Source: Spirochaetes bacterium GWB1_36_13 | GTDB taxonomy: Bacteria; Spirochaetota; GWB1-36-13 | NCBI GenBank assembly: GCA_001829155.1 | Contig: MIAO01000116.1 | Coordinates: 4,182 to 68,181 of the forward strand | Direction of reading: 5' to 3' | Length of the DNA stretch: 64,000 bases | In this document: positions 46,500 through 56,981 of the stretch, piece by piece | How positions within the stretch are numbered: position 1 is the first letter of the stretch | Layout: each line of letters opens with the position of its first letter | The notes under the pieces: model-generated | The model's database searches: none | What the model saw: only the letters and a program-made list of their open reading frames with translations | Told to the model about the DNA's origin: nothing | Position numbers and translations under genes: made by a program

Positions 46500-47333
46500 A
46501 TGGCGCTTAAGAAGTTTAAACCTATAACTCCGGGTTTAAGATTTAAAACTGTTGCTGATTTTTCAGTATTAACAACCAGTGAGCCGGAGAAAAACCTTAC
46601 AAAAGGTAAAAAAAGAATCAGCGGTAGAAATAACAGCGGTAGAATTACAGTCAGAAGACGAGGCGGAGGCCATAAGAAACTTTACCGAATTGTTGATTTC
46701 AAAAGAAAAAAAAGAGATATCGAAGCGTTTATCAAAACAATTGAGTACGATCCAAACAGAAGTGCTTATATTTCACTCATTGAATACACGGATGGTGAAA
46801 AAGCTTATATCTTAGCACCTGCAGGCGTTAAAATTGACCAGAAAATTATTGCTGGCGATAATGTCAGACCGGATTTAGGAAATTCTCTTCCATTGAAAAA
46901 CATACCTACAGGTATGGATATTCATAATCTTGAGCTTCAGATCGGAAAAGGCGGGCAGATTGTCCGGTCAGCCGGAACAGCGGCGCAGATTATGGGAAAA
47001 GAAGGAGAGTATTGCATTGTCAAGCTTCCTTCCGGAGAAATCAGACTGATCCATAAGGAATGCTATGCAACTATGGGAAGAATCAGCAATGTTGAGCATG
47101 CTGATGAAGTGATCGGTAAAGCGGGTAGAGCCAGATGGATGGGAAGAAAACCAAAAGTCCGCGGTACTGTCATGAACCCTGTGGATCACCCTCATGGTGG
47201 TGGTGAAGGTAGAACCAAAGGGAAGCACCCTGTTACTCCTTGGGGACAACCTACTAAAGGTTATAAGACAAGAAGAGGGAAAAGACCTTCTGATAAATTT
47301 ATTGTAGAAAGAAGAAATAGAAGAAAAAAATAA
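46500..47333 (+). CDS. rplB: 50S ribosomal protein uL2
   Basis: [15 protein letters not shown] motif. Confidence 0.98.
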   Translation: MALKKFKPITPGLRFKTVADFSVLTTSEPEKNLTKGKKRISGRNNSGRITVRRRGGGHKKLYRIVDFKRKKRDIEAFIKTIEYDPNRSAYISLIEYTDGEKAYILAPAGVKIDQKIIAGDNVRPDLGNSLPLKNIPTGMDIHNLELQIGKGGQIVRSAGTAAQIMGKEGEYCIVKLPSGEIRLIHKECYATMGRISNVEHADEVIGKAGRARWMGRKPKVRGTVMNPVDHPHGGGEGRTKGKHPVTPWGQPTKGYKTRRGKRPSDKFIVERRNRRKK

Positions 47334-47347
47334 CAAGGAGTTAGAAC

Positions 47348-47626
47348 GTGGGTCGATCACTGAAAAAAGGACCTTTCATTGTTAAAAAGCTCTATAAAAA
47401 AACGCTTGCCGCTAAGCAGGATGCAAAAAGAAAACCAATTAAAACCTGGAGTAGAGCATCTACTATTATTCCAGAAATGGTTGGGTTGACTTTTAATGTA
47501 TATAATGGAAAAACTTTTGTTCCTGTTCATGTCAGCGATGAAATGATTGGGCATAAATTAGGGGAATTCTCTCCTACCAGAACATACAGAGGACATGCCG
47601 CAGATAAGAAAGGCAAGAAAAAATAG
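47348..47626 (+). CDS. rpsS: 30S ribosomal protein uS19
   Basis: GRSLKKGPF...VYNGK.FVPV. GTG start. Confidence 0.97.
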   Translation: MGRSLKKGPFIVKKLYKKTLAAKQDAKRKPIKTWSRASTIIPEMVGLTFNVYNGKTFVPVHVSDEMIGHKLGEFSPTRTYRGHAADKKGKKK

Positions 47627-47639
47627 AGAGGAAATGAAG

Positions 47640-47984
47640 ATGGAAGCAAGAGCGGAGTCAAAGTTTATTATAGTGTCTCCTAAAAAAGTCTGGCGAGTAA
47701 CCAGAGAATTAAGAGGCTTAACTTATAAAAACGCAATGGAATTCTTGAGAGAAATTACTCCAAAACCGGCTAGAATAATGGAAAAAATCTTAAAATCTGC
47801 ATTTTTTAATGCTATCCAAAAAGATTCAAACCTGACTGAAGATGATGTTGTCATTAAAACGGTTTTCGTTACAAAGGGTCCAAATTATAAAAGAATGAGA
47901 CCGAGAGCGCAGGGAAGAGCGGATATTATCAAAAAAAGAACATCCCATATCAATGTCGTTTTAGGAAAAAGGGAGGAGATTTAA
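47640..47984 (+). CDS. rplV: 50S ribosomal protein uL22
   Basis: MEARAESKFI... ATG at 47640 follows the rpsS stop and a gagagg RBS. The track start at 47595 overlaps rpsS. Confidence 0.95.
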   Translation: MEARAESKFIIVSPKKVWRVTRELRGLTYKNAMEFLREITPKPARIMEKILKSAFFNAIQKDSNLTEDDVVIKTVFVTKGPNYKRMRPRAQGRADIIKKRTSHINVVLGKREEI

Positions 47985-48761
47985 ATGGGTCAGAAAGTCA
48001 ATCCTATTGGTTTCAGAGTCGGTGTTACCCGTGTATGGGACTCAGTCTGGTGGAGTGGAAAAAACCTGGGCTCCTGGGTTGTTGAAGACTATAAGATCAG
48101 AAAGGTAATCGATAAAAAATTCAGACATGCTGAAATAGATAAAATTAAAATCGAAAGAACAGCAGGTTTTGTAAAAATCATTATCCGTACTGGAAAACCA
48201 GCACTTCTGATTGGTCAAAAAGGCGCTGAAATTGAACTCCTGAAAAAAGAAATTGTGAATGTCCTTCATGATAAAAAGAATACTAAGATTGATATCAAGA
48301 TTGAAGAAGTTAAAAAAATCAACCTTTCAGCTAGAATTCTTGCTACCAGTGTTGCATTGCAGATGGAAAGAAATGTTCCTTTTAAAAGAGCGATGAAAAA
48401 AGTTATGGGCGATGCAATGAGAGAAGGCGGAAAGGGAATTAAAGTGAAAGTTTCAGGCCGTTTAGGCGGATCTGAAATGGCTCGTGTCGAGTGGTATTCT
48501 GAGGGAAGAATCCCAAATCAGACACTCCGGGCGGAAATTGATTATGGAACAGCAGAAGCTCTGACGAAATATGGTTTAATCGGAGTCAAGGTTTGGCTTT
48601 ATAAAGGAGATATTTTAGGTAAAAAATCTCTTTTTGAAGAATCTGGAATGAATGACAATAGAGATAAAAAACCTTTTACCGGAAAAAAGAAACCAAATCA
48701 GCCTGAGAAAAAAGAAGATCTTTCTATAAAAAAGAAAAGAACAAAAAAAACAGCAGAATAG
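47985..48761 (+). CDS. rpsC: 30S ribosomal protein uS3 with Lys-rich C-terminal extension
   Basis: MGQKVNPIGFR..., KH domain, and a roughly 45-aa basic tail. Confidence 0.97.
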   Translation: MGQKVNPIGFRVGVTRVWDSVWWSGKNLGSWVVEDYKIRKVIDKKFRHAEIDKIKIERTAGFVKIIIRTGKPALLIGQKGAEIELLKKEIVNVLHDKKNTKIDIKIEEVKKINLSARILATSVALQMERNVPFKRAMKKVMGDAMREGGKGIKVKVSGRLGGSEMARVEWYSEGRIPNQTLRAEIDYGTAEALTKYGLIGVKVWLYKGDILGKKSLFEESGMNDNRDKKPFTGKKKPNQPEKKEDLSIKKKRTKKTAE

Positions 48762-48804
48762 AGTTCAGTGAATCTGCTCTAACTAAAGAAAAGGGGTAAA
48801 CAAT

Positions 48805-49221
48805 ATGTTAATGTCGCCAAGAAGGGTAAAACATAGAAAAATGCACCGCGGAAGAATGACAGGTATGGCAATGCGCGGAAATCAGGTTGCATTTGGTGAA
48901 TTCGGTTTAAAAGCAATGGAACCGGGAACCCTTAATTCAAGGCAGATGGAAGCTATCCGGATTGCAATTACAAGAACGGTTAAAAAAGGCGGAAAAATCT
49001 GGTTCAGAATTTTCCCTGATTTTCCTTACACTAAAAAACCTGCTGAAACCCGAATGGGAAAAGGAAAGGGTGAACCTGAAGAGTGGAGAGCAAGAATCCT
49101 TCCAGGTCGTGTAATTGTAGAGCTCGGAGGAGTAGATGCGGAGCTTGCTAAAGAAGCACTTGAAAAAGCTGCCTATAAAATCGGAATAAAGACCAAAATC
49201 GTAGAACGATTAAGTTTCTAA
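48805..49221 (+). CDS. rplP: 50S ribosomal protein uL16
   Basis: [17 protein letters not shown]. Confidence 0.97.
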   Translation: MLMSPRRVKHRKMHRGRMTGMAMRGNQVAFGEFGLKAMEPGTLNSRQMEAIRIAITRTVKKGGKIWFRIFPDFPYTKKPAETRMGKGKGEPEEWRARILPGRVIVELGGVDAELAKEALEKAAYKIGIKTKIVERLSF

Positions 49222-49232
49222 AGGGGATTGAG

Positions 49233-49451
49233 ATGAAGGGTAAGACAAATTTTAGAGAACTTCCGGTCAAAGAACTTGATAAGATGCACAATGATATGAA
49301 AAAAAAGCAAAGAGAATCAAGAGTTGAAAAAGTAACAGGAAGTAACTTTAATCCGTCTGAATATAAAAAAGAAAGAAGAGATATCGCCAGAATTAAAACG
49401 ATCTTGAGAGAGAATGAACTGGGGATCAGACCGTTAAAGGGGGATAAATGA
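49233..49451 (+). CDS. rpmC: 50S ribosomal protein uL29
   Basis: Size and position. ATGA overlap with rpsQ. Confidence 0.93.
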   Translation: MKGKTNFRELPVKELDKMHNDMKKKQRESRVEKVTGSNFNPSEYKKERRDIARIKTILRENELGIRPLKGDK

Positions 49452-49729
49452 GTAAGAAGGTATTAACCGGAGTAGTCATTTCAAATAAAATGCAAAAAAG
49501 CATTGTGATTCGAATCGAACAAACCATTATGCACCCGATTTATAAAAAATTTTTTAAAAGACATAAAAAATTTATGGCTCATGATGAGCAGGAAGTTGCA
49601 AAAATTGGTGATGTTGTAAAGATAATTGAATCTAAACCGCTTTCAAAGAATAAAAAATGGGTTCTTCTTGATGTTGTTAAAAAAGCAGAAGAATTACCTT
49701 TAGATATTCCCGGCGAAAAAATTTCTTAA
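49448..49729 (+). CDS. rpsQ: 30S ribosomal protein uS17
   Basis: LTGVVISNKMQKSIVI...HDE. Confidence 0.95.
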   Translation: MSKKVLTGVVISNKMQKSIVIRIEQTIMHPIYKKFFKRHKKFMAHDEQEVAKIGDVVKIIESKPLSKNKKWVLLDVVKKAEELPLDIPGEKIS

Positions 49730-49753
49730 GAGAAATAATAGGAGTAGAAAAAG

Positions 49754-50122
49754 ATGATTCAGAAAGAAACCTATTTGAATGTAGCAGACAATAGTGGTGC
49801 AAAAAAAGTGGAATGTATTTCCATCTTAGGCAACAGTAAACAAAGATACGCTTCTGTCGGAGATGTAATCGTTGTCGCAGTGAAAGCGGCTATGCCTAAT
49901 TCACCCGTTAAAAAAAAGCTGGTTTCAAAAGCTATTATCGTAAGAACTAAAAAAGAGATTAGAAGAAAAGACGGATCTCATGTCGCATTTGGTGATAATG
50001 CGGTTGTTTTGGTTGACAATAACTTAAATCCACGAGGAACTCGTGTTTTTGGACCTGTTGCAAGAGAATTAAGAGAAAAAGATTATTTAAAAATCGTCTC
50101 TCTTGCACCTGAAGTAGTATAA
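49754..50122 (+). CDS. rplN: 50S ribosomal protein uL14
   Basis: [17 protein letters not shown]. Confidence 0.98.
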   Translation: MIQKETYLNVADNSGAKKVECISILGNSKQRYASVGDVIVVAVKAAMPNSPVKKKLVSKAIIVRTKKEIRRKDGSHVAFGDNAVVLVDNNLNPRGTRVFGPVARELREKDYLKIVSLAPEVV

Positions 50123-50138
50123 AAAAGAGGGTAATGAA

Positions 50139-50465
50139 ATGTTGAAAAAATTTAAAATCAAGAAAGGAGATAATGTTATTGTCATTGCCGGAAAAGAAAA
50201 AGGCAAGAAAGGGGAAGTAGCCCAAGTATTTTATAAAAGTGACAGAGTTCTTGTTAATGGCGTTAATATTGTAAAAAAACATAAAAAAAGCCAGTCTGAA
50301 AACAAGAAACCTAATATTACCGAAGAACCGGCTCCTATTCACATTTCAAATGTTCTTTATTTTTGCGATAAATGTAATAAAGGCGTTCGACTGCGTGTTG
50401 AAGAAAAAGATGGTCAGAAAGTAAGAGTCTGCAAAAATATAAAATGCGGCGCAATTATAAAATAA
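50139..50465 (+). CDS. rplX: 50S ribosomal protein uL24 (Cys4-containing variant)
   Basis: [20 protein letters not shown] (KOW). C-terminal CDKC-x17-CKNIKC. Confidence 0.95.
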   Translation: MLKKFKIKKGDNVIVIAGKEKGKKGEVAQVFYKSDRVLVNGVNIVKKHKKSQSENKKPNITEEPAPIHISNVLYFCDKCNKGVRLRVEEKDGQKVRVCKNIKCGAIIK

Positions 50466-50478
50466 GGGGTTGAAAAGA

Positions 50479-51018
50479 ATGGCTAGTCTCTACGAAACTT
50501 ATAAAAAAGAAATAGTCCCTGCTCTTAAAAACGAGTTCAACTATAAAAGTGTAATGGCAGTACCAAAAATTGCAAAGATTGTTGTGAATGTCGGATTGGG
50601 TCAGGCTGTTAATGAAAAAAACCTGATTAACACAGTAGAAAAAGAACTGGTTCAAATTGTAGGTCAAAAGCCTTTAAAAACAAGAGCAAAAAAATCAATT
50701 GCCGGATTTAAATTAAGAGAAGGGCAGGAAATCGGTCTTAAAGTGACCCTGAGGGGCAAAAAAATGTACGATTTTCTCACCAAGCTGACACAAGTAGCTC
50801 TTCCTCGTGTCAAAGACTTTGAAGGTATCCCGGCAAACAGCTTTGATGGAAGAGGGAACTATACTCTTGGATTAAAAGAGCATATTATTTTTCCTGAAAT
50901 CAACTATGAAAAAGTTGAGAAAATCATTGGGATGGATATCACTATCGTAACAAGTGCTGAAAAAGATGAAGAAGCTAAAAGACTTTTAGTACTTCTCGGA
51001 ATGCCTTTCAGAAAATAA
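50479..51018 (+). CDS. rplE: 50S ribosomal protein uL5
   Basis: Sequence character and position. ATG at 50479 follows an aagggg RBS. Confidence 0.96.
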   Translation: MASLYETYKKEIVPALKNEFNYKSVMAVPKIAKIVVNVGLGQAVNEKNLINTVEKELVQIVGQKPLKTRAKKSIAGFKLREGQEIGLKVTLRGKKMYDFLTKLTQVALPRVKDFEGIPANSFDGRGNYTLGLKEHIIFPEINYEKVEKIIGMDITIVTSAEKDEEAKRLLVLLGMPFRK

Positions 51019-51033
51019 AAAGGGGAGAGAAAG

Positions 51034-51219
51034 ATGGCTAAAAAATCAATGATCGTAAAGCAACAGAAAGAACCAAAATATAAAACAAGATTTTACAATC
51101 GCTGTGAAATATGCGGAAGACCGAGAGCCTATTTTAGAGATTTTCATATCTGCAGAATTTGTTTAAGGAAATTGGCATCTGAAGGTAAAATTCCTGGTCT
51201 CAAAAAGGCGAGTTGGTAA
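51034..51219 (+). CDS. rpsN: 30S ribosomal protein uS14, short zinc-binding (type Z) form
   Basis: 61 aa. CEICGRP...CRIC zinc ribbon. Confidence 0.96.
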   Translation: MAKKSMIVKQQKEPKYKTRFYNRCEICGRPRAYFRDFHICRICLRKLASEGKIPGLKKASW

Positions 51220-51235
51220 TTTAGGAGGTTAAAAT

Positions 51236-51631
51236 ATGTCATCTCATGATGTAATCGGTGATATGCTGACAAAAATAAGAAACGCAAGCAATGCTGGACA
51301 TAAAAAAGTACTTTGTCCCTATTCAAATATTAAAATTGCTTTAGGCAAAATATTGATGGATCAAGGATTTGTCGAAAAAGCAGAAGTGATTGAAAATAAT
51401 AATAAGAAAGATATTGAAGTTGTTTTAAAATATTATAACAACAAACCCGTCATCAGCGGAATCAAAAGAATCAGCAAACCGGGAAGAAGAGTGTACTGCG
51501 GTGCAGATGAAATCCCAAGATTTTTAAACGGTTTAGCTTTAACAATTGTTTCTACTTCCCAAGGTGTTTTAACCGGGAAAGAAGCAAAAGAAAAAAATGC
51601 TGGCGGCGAAGTGCTTTGCTATGTTTGGTAA
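51236..51631 (+). CDS. rpsH: 30S ribosomal protein uS8
   Basis: DVIGDMLTKIRNA. Confidence 0.97.
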   Translation: MSSHDVIGDMLTKIRNASNAGHKKVLCPYSNIKIALGKILMDQGFVEKAEVIENNNKKDIEVVLKYYNNKPVISGIKRISKPGRRVYCGADEIPRFLNGLALTIVSTSQGVLTGKEAKEKNAGGEVLCYVW

Positions 51632-51654
51632 AAAACTTTTGAGAGGATGGAAGA

Positions 51655-52194
51655 ATGTCTAAAATAGGTAGAAAACCGATTGTAATTCCAAAAGGGGTTC
51701 AGGTTACGATAGAAAAAGATGTTGTAAAAGTAAAAGGTCCAAAAGGTGAATTATCTCAGGAAATTAAAGGGACAATCAAACTGAAAATAAACGAAAGCGA
51801 CCTTATTGTAGAACGAGGAAATGAAGAATCACAGGAAAAAGCTTATCATGGACTTTATAGAAGCTTATTGGCAAACATGATAACAGGAACTTCAACAGGT
51901 TTTTCAAAAATGTTAGTCCTTTCCGGAACAGGATACAGGGCTGCCCTTCAGGGTAAAAAACTATCGATGACTGTGGGATTTTCACATCCTGTTGAATTTG
52001 AGATTCCGAAAGATTTAGAGTGTAAGGTAGATGACCAGACTAAAATCACAATCAGCGGAATTGATAAACAAAAAGTTGGGCAGTTTGCTGCGAATATTCG
52101 AATAGTCAAACCTGCTGAACCTTATCAGGGAAAAGGAATCCGGTATAGTGATGAAAAAGTCAGAAGAAAAGCCGGAAAAACTGGTAAAAAATAA
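51655..52194 (+). CDS. rplF: 50S ribosomal protein uL6
   Basis: MSKIGRKPIVIPKGV. Confidence 0.97.
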   Translation: MSKIGRKPIVIPKGVQVTIEKDVVKVKGPKGELSQEIKGTIKLKINESDLIVERGNEESQEKAYHGLYRSLLANMITGTSTGFSKMLVLSGTGYRAALQGKKLSMTVGFSHPVEFEIPKDLECKVDDQTKITISGIDKQKVGQFAANIRIVKPAEPYQGKGIRYSDEKVRRKAGKTGKK

Positions 52195-52209
52195 GAGGGG
52201 TGATGGAAT

Positions 52210-52569
52210 ATGAATACAATCAATAAGAATAAAAGAAGACTGCGAAGAAAACTCTCTATCAAAAATAAAATCCGTGGAACTGAAGAAAAACCAAGACTGA
52301 CTATTTTCAGAAGCAATAAAAACATTTATGCTCAAATCATCAATGATACAAAGGGAATTACTCTTTGCGCGGCTTCTACAATGGAAAAAGAACTGGGAAT
52401 GATTGGAAAGTGTAATAAAGCGGCGGCAGCTAAAGTTGGTGAATCTTTAGGACAAAGAGCAATCGAAAAAGGTGTAAAAAAAGTTGTTTTCGACAGAAAC
52501 GGCTATCGCTATCATGGAATTGTTAAAGAATTAGCGGATGCTTGTAGAAAAAGCGGGCTGGAGTTTTAG
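52210..52569 (+). CDS. rplR: 50S ribosomal protein uL18
   Basis: RLTIFRSNKNIYAQII...FDRNGYRYHG. Confidence 0.96.
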   Translation: MNTINKNKRRLRRKLSIKNKIRGTEEKPRLTIFRSNKNIYAQIINDTKGITLCAASTMEKELGMIGKCNKAAAAKVGESLGQRAIEKGVKKVVFDRNGYRYHGIVKELADACRKSGLEF

Positions 52570-52577
52570 GAGGAAAA

Positions 52578-53102
52578 ATGGCAAAAAGTAAATTTGACCG
52601 GGAAAAAGAGAATGAAGCTTTAGAAAGCGGCTTACAGGAAGAACTGATTCATCTTAACAGAATTGTTAAAGTAACAAAAGGTGGAAGAAAATTCAGATTT
52701 GCTGCTCTTGTTGCTGTAGGCGATAATGAAGGAAAAGTAGGATTAGGATACGGAAAATCAAAAGAAGTTCCCGATGCGATAAAAAAAGCTGCAAATGATG
52801 CTAAAAAAAATATGGTCGGAGCCTATCTTAAAAACCAAACTGTTGGGCATCCTATTATAGGAAAATTTAGAAGTACAACTGTTCTTTTAAAGCCGGCAAG
52901 ACCTGGAACCGGGATTATTGCTGGAGGGATTGTCCGATCAATCGTATCAAAAATCGGGATTAACGACCTTTTATCAAAAGTTTACGGAAGAAAAAATCCT
53001 CTCAATGTAGCGAAAGCAACTTTAGAAGCATTAAAAAATCTCACTAATCCTCTGGATATTGCTAAGAAAAGAGGAAAAAGCGTTCGAGAAATTTTTCAAT
53101 AA
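52578..53102 (+). CDS. rpsE: 30S ribosomal protein uS5
   Basis: [19 protein letters not shown]. Confidence 0.97.
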   Translation: MAKSKFDREKENEALESGLQEELIHLNRIVKVTKGGRKFRFAALVAVGDNEGKVGLGYGKSKEVPDAIKKAANDAKKNMVGAYLKNQTVGHPIIGKFRSTTVLLKPARPGTGIIAGGIVRSIVSKIGINDLLSKVYGRKNPLNVAKATLEALKNLTNPLDIAKKRGKSVREIFQ

Positions 53103-53113
53103 GAGGATAGAAA

Positions 53114-53296
53114 ATGAGTAATACAGTGAAAATTCAACTGACTAAGGGTTTGGCAGGAAAAACTGAAAGAGAGAAAAAAATATTAATGGGTTTGGGCTTG
53201 AAAAGAAGCAACCAAATTGTAGAACAAAAAAACTCTCCCTCAATTATGGGAATGATTTCAAAAGTGGCCCATTTAGTTACAATCATTGAAAAGTAA
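53114..53296 (+). CDS. rpmD: 50S ribosomal protein uL30
   Basis: 60 aa. Position and sequence character. Confidence 0.93.
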   Translation: MSNTVKIQLTKGLAGKTEREKKILMGLGLKRSNQIVEQKNSPSIMGMISKVAHLVTIIEK

Positions 53297-53306
53297 GGAG
53301 AAGGGA

Positions 53307-53750
53307 ATGGATTTAACTTTAAAGCCTCAAGAAGGCTCACTCCAAAGAAAAACCAGAAGAGGCTGCGGGCATGGTTCTGGTTTAGGAAAAACTTGTGGTA
53401 AAGGAAATAAAGGACAAAGAGCAAGAAAAGGTCAAAAAAGACCCTATGTAGGATTTGAAGGGGGGCAGATGCCTCTTTACCGAAGAGTCCCAAAAAGAGG
53501 GTTTACACATGAATCTCTTGCTTATGAATTGGTGAATATTGATGTTTTAAATCAATTTGACGAGGCTTCATTGGTAAATGAAGAATCTTTACTGCAAAAA
53601 GGCTTTGTGAAAAAAGCCGGCAATAAAATCAAGATTCTCGGAAGAGGCGAATTGACAAAAAAACTGACGATTGAAGCGCACCTTTTTTCAGCAAGTGCAA
53701 AGGAAAAAATCGAAAAAATCGGTGGAACAGTTAAAATAATTGAAGGATAA
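53307..53750 (+). CDS. rplO: 50S ribosomal protein uL15
   Basis: GRGxGSGxGKT-like GCGHGSGLGKTCGKG. ATG at 53307 follows an aaggaga RBS. Confidence 0.95.
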   Translation: MDLTLKPQEGSLQRKTRRGCGHGSGLGKTCGKGNKGQRARKGQKRPYVGFEGGQMPLYRRVPKRGFTHESLAYELVNIDVLNQFDEASLVNEESLLQKGFVKKAGNKIKILGRGELTKKLTIEAHLFSASAKEKIEKIGGTVKIIEG

Positions 53751-53755
53751 AACCA

Positions 53756-55129
53756 ATGGTAGAAGCATTTAAAAATGTATTTAAAATACCTGAGCTCAGA
53801 ACCAGAATTTTTTTTACTCTTGGAGCATTAATTGTATTTAGAATTGGGGCGCATATTGCAGTTCCTGGTATTGATATGGTAGCTTTGCAGGATTTTTTTA
53901 AAGATCTGGTTTCTAAACAGCAGGGATCAGGCGGGAATGCTTTTATGGACTTCGTTTCTCTTTTTACAGGAGGAGCGTTGACCAGATTTGCGATTTTTGG
54001 TCTGGGTGTTATGCCTTATATCAGTTCTTCAATTATCATGCAGCTTCTTCAAGTGGTTCTTCCTCCTTTGGAAAAATTAGCAAAAGAAGGAGATTACGGA
54101 CGAAGAAAAATCAACCTTTATACCCGGTATCTTTCTATCGGACTTGCAGTGGTTGAAGGTATTGGGATGCTGATTTACTTTAATACAAGCGTTTGGAATC
54201 AGGCACATTATGTCGCGCCTTTAAAAGAAAGCAGTCCTTTTATGTTTTCTTTTCTTTTTATAGCGACTTTAACCAGCGGCACGATGTTTCTTCTCTGGCT
54301 GGGTGAGCAGATTACGGAAAGAGGAATCGGAAATGGTGTTTCTCTTTTGATTTTTGCCGGTATCGTAGCAAGAGTTCCTTCTGTTATTCAAGAATCGGTT
54401 GTTACAGGTACAGGAGAGCAGGGATATATTATCAAAATGATTTTGCTTGTGATTATTTTTATTGCATTGATTGCCTTGGTTACTTTCATTCAGCAGGGTG
54501 AAAGGCGGGTTACAGTGAAGTATGCCAAAAGAGTAGTCGGAAATAAAATGTATCAGGGACAAAATACATTTATTCCTTTTAAAGTAGATGGTTCAGGAGT
54601 TATTGCCATTATCTTTGCTTCATCGGTTGTTTTATTCCCATCTCAGCTTTTGGGAACATTTGGGGGAGACAGCGATCTGCTTCGAAAAATAGCAAATCTT
54701 CTTTCACCAGGTCCTTTACCGGGAAGTCTTTTGTATTATTTTATTTACCTTTTTCTGGTTGTCTTTTTCTGTTATTTTTATACAGCAGTTATTTATAACC
54801 CAAATGAAATAGCTGAGCATGTCAGAAAAAACGGCGGATTTATCCCTGGTATCAGACCCGGAGAGCAGACAGGTCTTTTCTTGCAGAAAATGCTGAATCG
54901 ATTGATTCTCCCAGGAGCTATCATTATGGGATTTATCGCGATTGTACCTTCTATCCTTGCTAATTTACTCGGGCTTTCGTTAAGTGTGGCAAATGTTTTG
55001 GGAGGGACGACTTTATTAATTATGGTCGGAGTAGCCCTTGATACTTTAAAACAACTTGAATCTCAGTTAAGAAGCAGAAATCTGGAAGGATTTATTAAAC
55101 ATGGAAAGATTCGTGGAAGAAATTATTAG
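53756..55129 (+). CDS. secY: Preprotein translocase subunit SecY
   Basis: 10 TM helices. [11 protein letters not shown]-type motif ([15 protein letters not shown]). Confidence 0.97.
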   Translation: MVEAFKNVFKIPELRTRIFFTLGALIVFRIGAHIAVPGIDMVALQDFFKDLVSKQQGSGGNAFMDFVSLFTGGALTRFAIFGLGVMPYISSSIIMQLLQVVLPPLEKLAKEGDYGRRKINLYTRYLSIGLAVVEGIGMLIYFNTSVWNQAHYVAPLKESSPFMFSFLFIATLTSGTMFLLWLGEQITERGIGNGVSLLIFAGIVARVPSVIQESVVTGTGEQGYIIKMILLVIIFIALIALVTFIQQGERRVTVKYAKRVVGNKMYQGQNTFIPFKVDGSGVIAIIFASSVVLFPSQLLGTFGGDSDLLRKIANLLSPGPLPGSLLYYFIYLFLVVFFCYFYTAVIYNPNEIAEHVRKNGGFIPGIRPGEQTGLFLQKMLNRLILPGAIIMGFIAIVPSILANLLGLSLSVANVLGGTTLLIMVGVALDTLKQLESQLRSRNLEGFIKHGKIRGRNY

Positions 55130-55146
55130 GAAGACCGGGGGAAAAA

Positions 55147-55362
55147 GTGTCTAAGGATGTAATTGAGGCTAATGGAGAAATTGTTGAGGCTCTTCCTAAC
55201 GCGACTTTTCGTGTTAAGTTAGAAAACGGACACATTATTTTAGGGCATATTTCAGGTAAAATGAGGATGCATTTTATAAAAATCCTTCCTGGAGACAAAG
55301 TTCTTGTAGAACTTTCCCCATATGATTTGACAAAGGGTCGAATAATTTATAGATTTAAATAG
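55147..55362 (+). CDS. infA: Translation initiation factor IF-1
   Basis: [23 protein letters not shown] start with a ggggga RBS. Confidence 0.96.
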   Translation: MSKDVIEANGEIVEALPNATFRVKLENGHIILGHISGKMRMHFIKILPGDKVLVELSPYDLTKGRIIYRFK

Positions 55363-55403
55363 TTAAAAATTCGGTTTTAATAGATAAACGAAGAGAGGTC
55401 TTT

Positions 55404-55532
55404 ATGAAAGTGAGAGTGAGTGTGAAGCCAATCTGCATGAAATGCAAGATTATCAAGAGAAAAGGTGTTTTAAGAGTGATTTGTGAAAATCCTAAACATA
55501 AACAGAGACAGAAACAAAATAAACAGGGGTAA
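55404..55532 (+). CDS. rpmJ: 50S ribosomal protein bL36 (zinc form), missed by the ORF track (42 aa)
   Basis: Own translation: [42 protein letters not shown]. agagagg RBS. C-x2-C-x12-C-x4-H. Confidence 0.93.
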   Translation: MKVRVSVKPICMKCKIIKRKGVLRVICENPKHKQRQKQNKQG

Positions 55533-55537
55533 AATAG

Positions 55538-55906
55538 ATGGCAAGAATAGCTGGAGTTGATTTACCTAATCATAAAGTTATAGGAATTGCGCTGACAAAA
55601 ATTTATGGAATCGGAATTGCGACATCCCGTAGCATATTGAAAGAATTAGGAATCGAGTTTCATACAAGAACAAAAGATGTAACTGAAGATCAGGTTGTAA
55701 AGCTCAGAGAAAAAGTTGAAAAAGAACATAAAGTGGAAGGGGAACTCAAAACTGAGATTTCCTTAAATGTAAAAAGACTGATCGGAATCGGATCTTACCG
55801 AGGTCTTCGCCACAGAATGGGACTCCCTGTCAGAGGACAAAGAACAAAATCAAATGCCAGAACCAGAAAAGGTAAAAAGAAAATGGCAGTTGCCGGTAAA
55901 AAATAA
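55538..55906 (+). CDS. rpsM: 30S ribosomal protein uS13
   Basis: [10 protein letters not shown]...[15 protein letters not shown]. Confidence 0.97.
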   Translation: MARIAGVDLPNHKVIGIALTKIYGIGIATSRSILKELGIEFHTRTKDVTEDQVVKLREKVEKEHKVEGELKTEISLNVKRLIGIGSYRGLRHRMGLPVRGQRTKSNARTRKGKKKMAVAGKK

Positions 55907-55942
55907 TAACCGCTGTTAAAAAGAGAAGAAGGAGGAAGGCGC

Positions 55943-56335
55943 TTGGCGAAAAAAACGAAAGCTGTAAAGAAGAAAGTTATCAGAAAAAATGTTGAGAGAG
56001 GAATTGCATTTATATACGCAAGTTTTAACAATACTATTGTTACGCTCACCGATATGAACGGCAATGCTTTAGCTTGGAGCAGTGCGGGCAGCAATAATTT
56101 TAAGGGAGCTCGGAAAAGTACTCCTTTTGCGGCTCAAGTAACGGCTGAAATTGCCGCTAAAAAAGCTAAAGACGGTGGACTGAAAGAAGTTCAGGTAAAA
56201 GTAAAAGGTCCTGGTGTTGGACGGGAATCTGCAATCAGAGCGTTGGAAGCGGCTGGATTAAAAGTACTCTCAATTGCAGATATTACTCCGATCCCTCACA
56301 ATGGATGCCGTCCTCCGAAAAGAAGAAGAGTTTAA
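55943..56335 (+). CDS. rpsK: 30S ribosomal protein uS11
   Basis: [17 protein letters not shown]...[18 protein letters not shown] start after ggaggaagg. Confidence 0.96.
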   Translation: MAKKTKAVKKKVIRKNVERGIAFIYASFNNTIVTLTDMNGNALAWSSAGSNNFKGARKSTPFAAQVTAEIAAKKAKDGGLKEVQVKVKGPGVGRESAIRALEAAGLKVLSIADITPIPHNGCRPPKRRRV

Positions 56336-56348
56336 GGAGTAGAAAGAG

Positions 56349-56969
56349 ATGGGTAAATATATTGGACCTGTTTGCAGACTCTGCCGAAGAGAGGGTGTAA
56401 AGCTTTTGTTAAAAGGTGACCGGTGTTTGACTGGAAAGTGTGCACTGAGCCGAAAAAAGAAAGCTCCCGGTATGAGTAAAGGAAAAAAAGGAAAATTAAG
56501 TTATTATGGAATGCAGCTTCGTGAAAAGCAAAAAGTGAAAAGATTTTATGCTCTCTCTGAATCTCATTTTAAAAAATACTATTTAAGAGCGACTTCGACA
56601 GAAGGGAACACAGGAAATATCCTCTTCCAGCTTTTAGAAAGAAGAATGGATAATGTAGTTTACCGATTAGGATTGGCTGTTTCAAGAAGACAGGCAAGAT
56701 TTTTAATTAGTCATGGACATTTTACCTTAAATGACCGAAAAGTCAATATCTCTTCTATTATTGTAAGAAAAGGAGATATTATTAAAGTCGGTGAAAAAGG
56801 TAAAAACTTTGTTGTCTTTCAAGATAATGTAAAAAAAGAAGTTTCTGTTCCTACCTGGCTTGAAAAAACAGACGATTTTTCAGGTAAAGTGATGGAATTA
56901 CCTGGAAGAGAGAATGTAAATGACATTCCGATTAAAGAGCAAATGATTATAGAGTTGTATTCTAAGTAG
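56349..56969 (+). CDS. rpsD: 30S ribosomal protein uS4 (Cys4 N-terminal form)
   Basis: GPVCRLCRREG...GDRCLTGKC. Confidence 0.96.
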   Translation: MGKYIGPVCRLCRREGVKLLLKGDRCLTGKCALSRKKKAPGMSKGKKGKLSYYGMQLREKQKVKRFYALSESHFKKYYLRATSTEGNTGNILFQLLERRMDNVVYRLGLAVSRRQARFLISHGHFTLNDRKVNISSIIVRKGDIIKVGEKGKNFVVFQDNVKKEVSVPTWLEKTDDFSGKVMELPGRENVNDIPIKEQMIIELYSK

Positions 56970-56981
56970 GAGGAAATTTAA

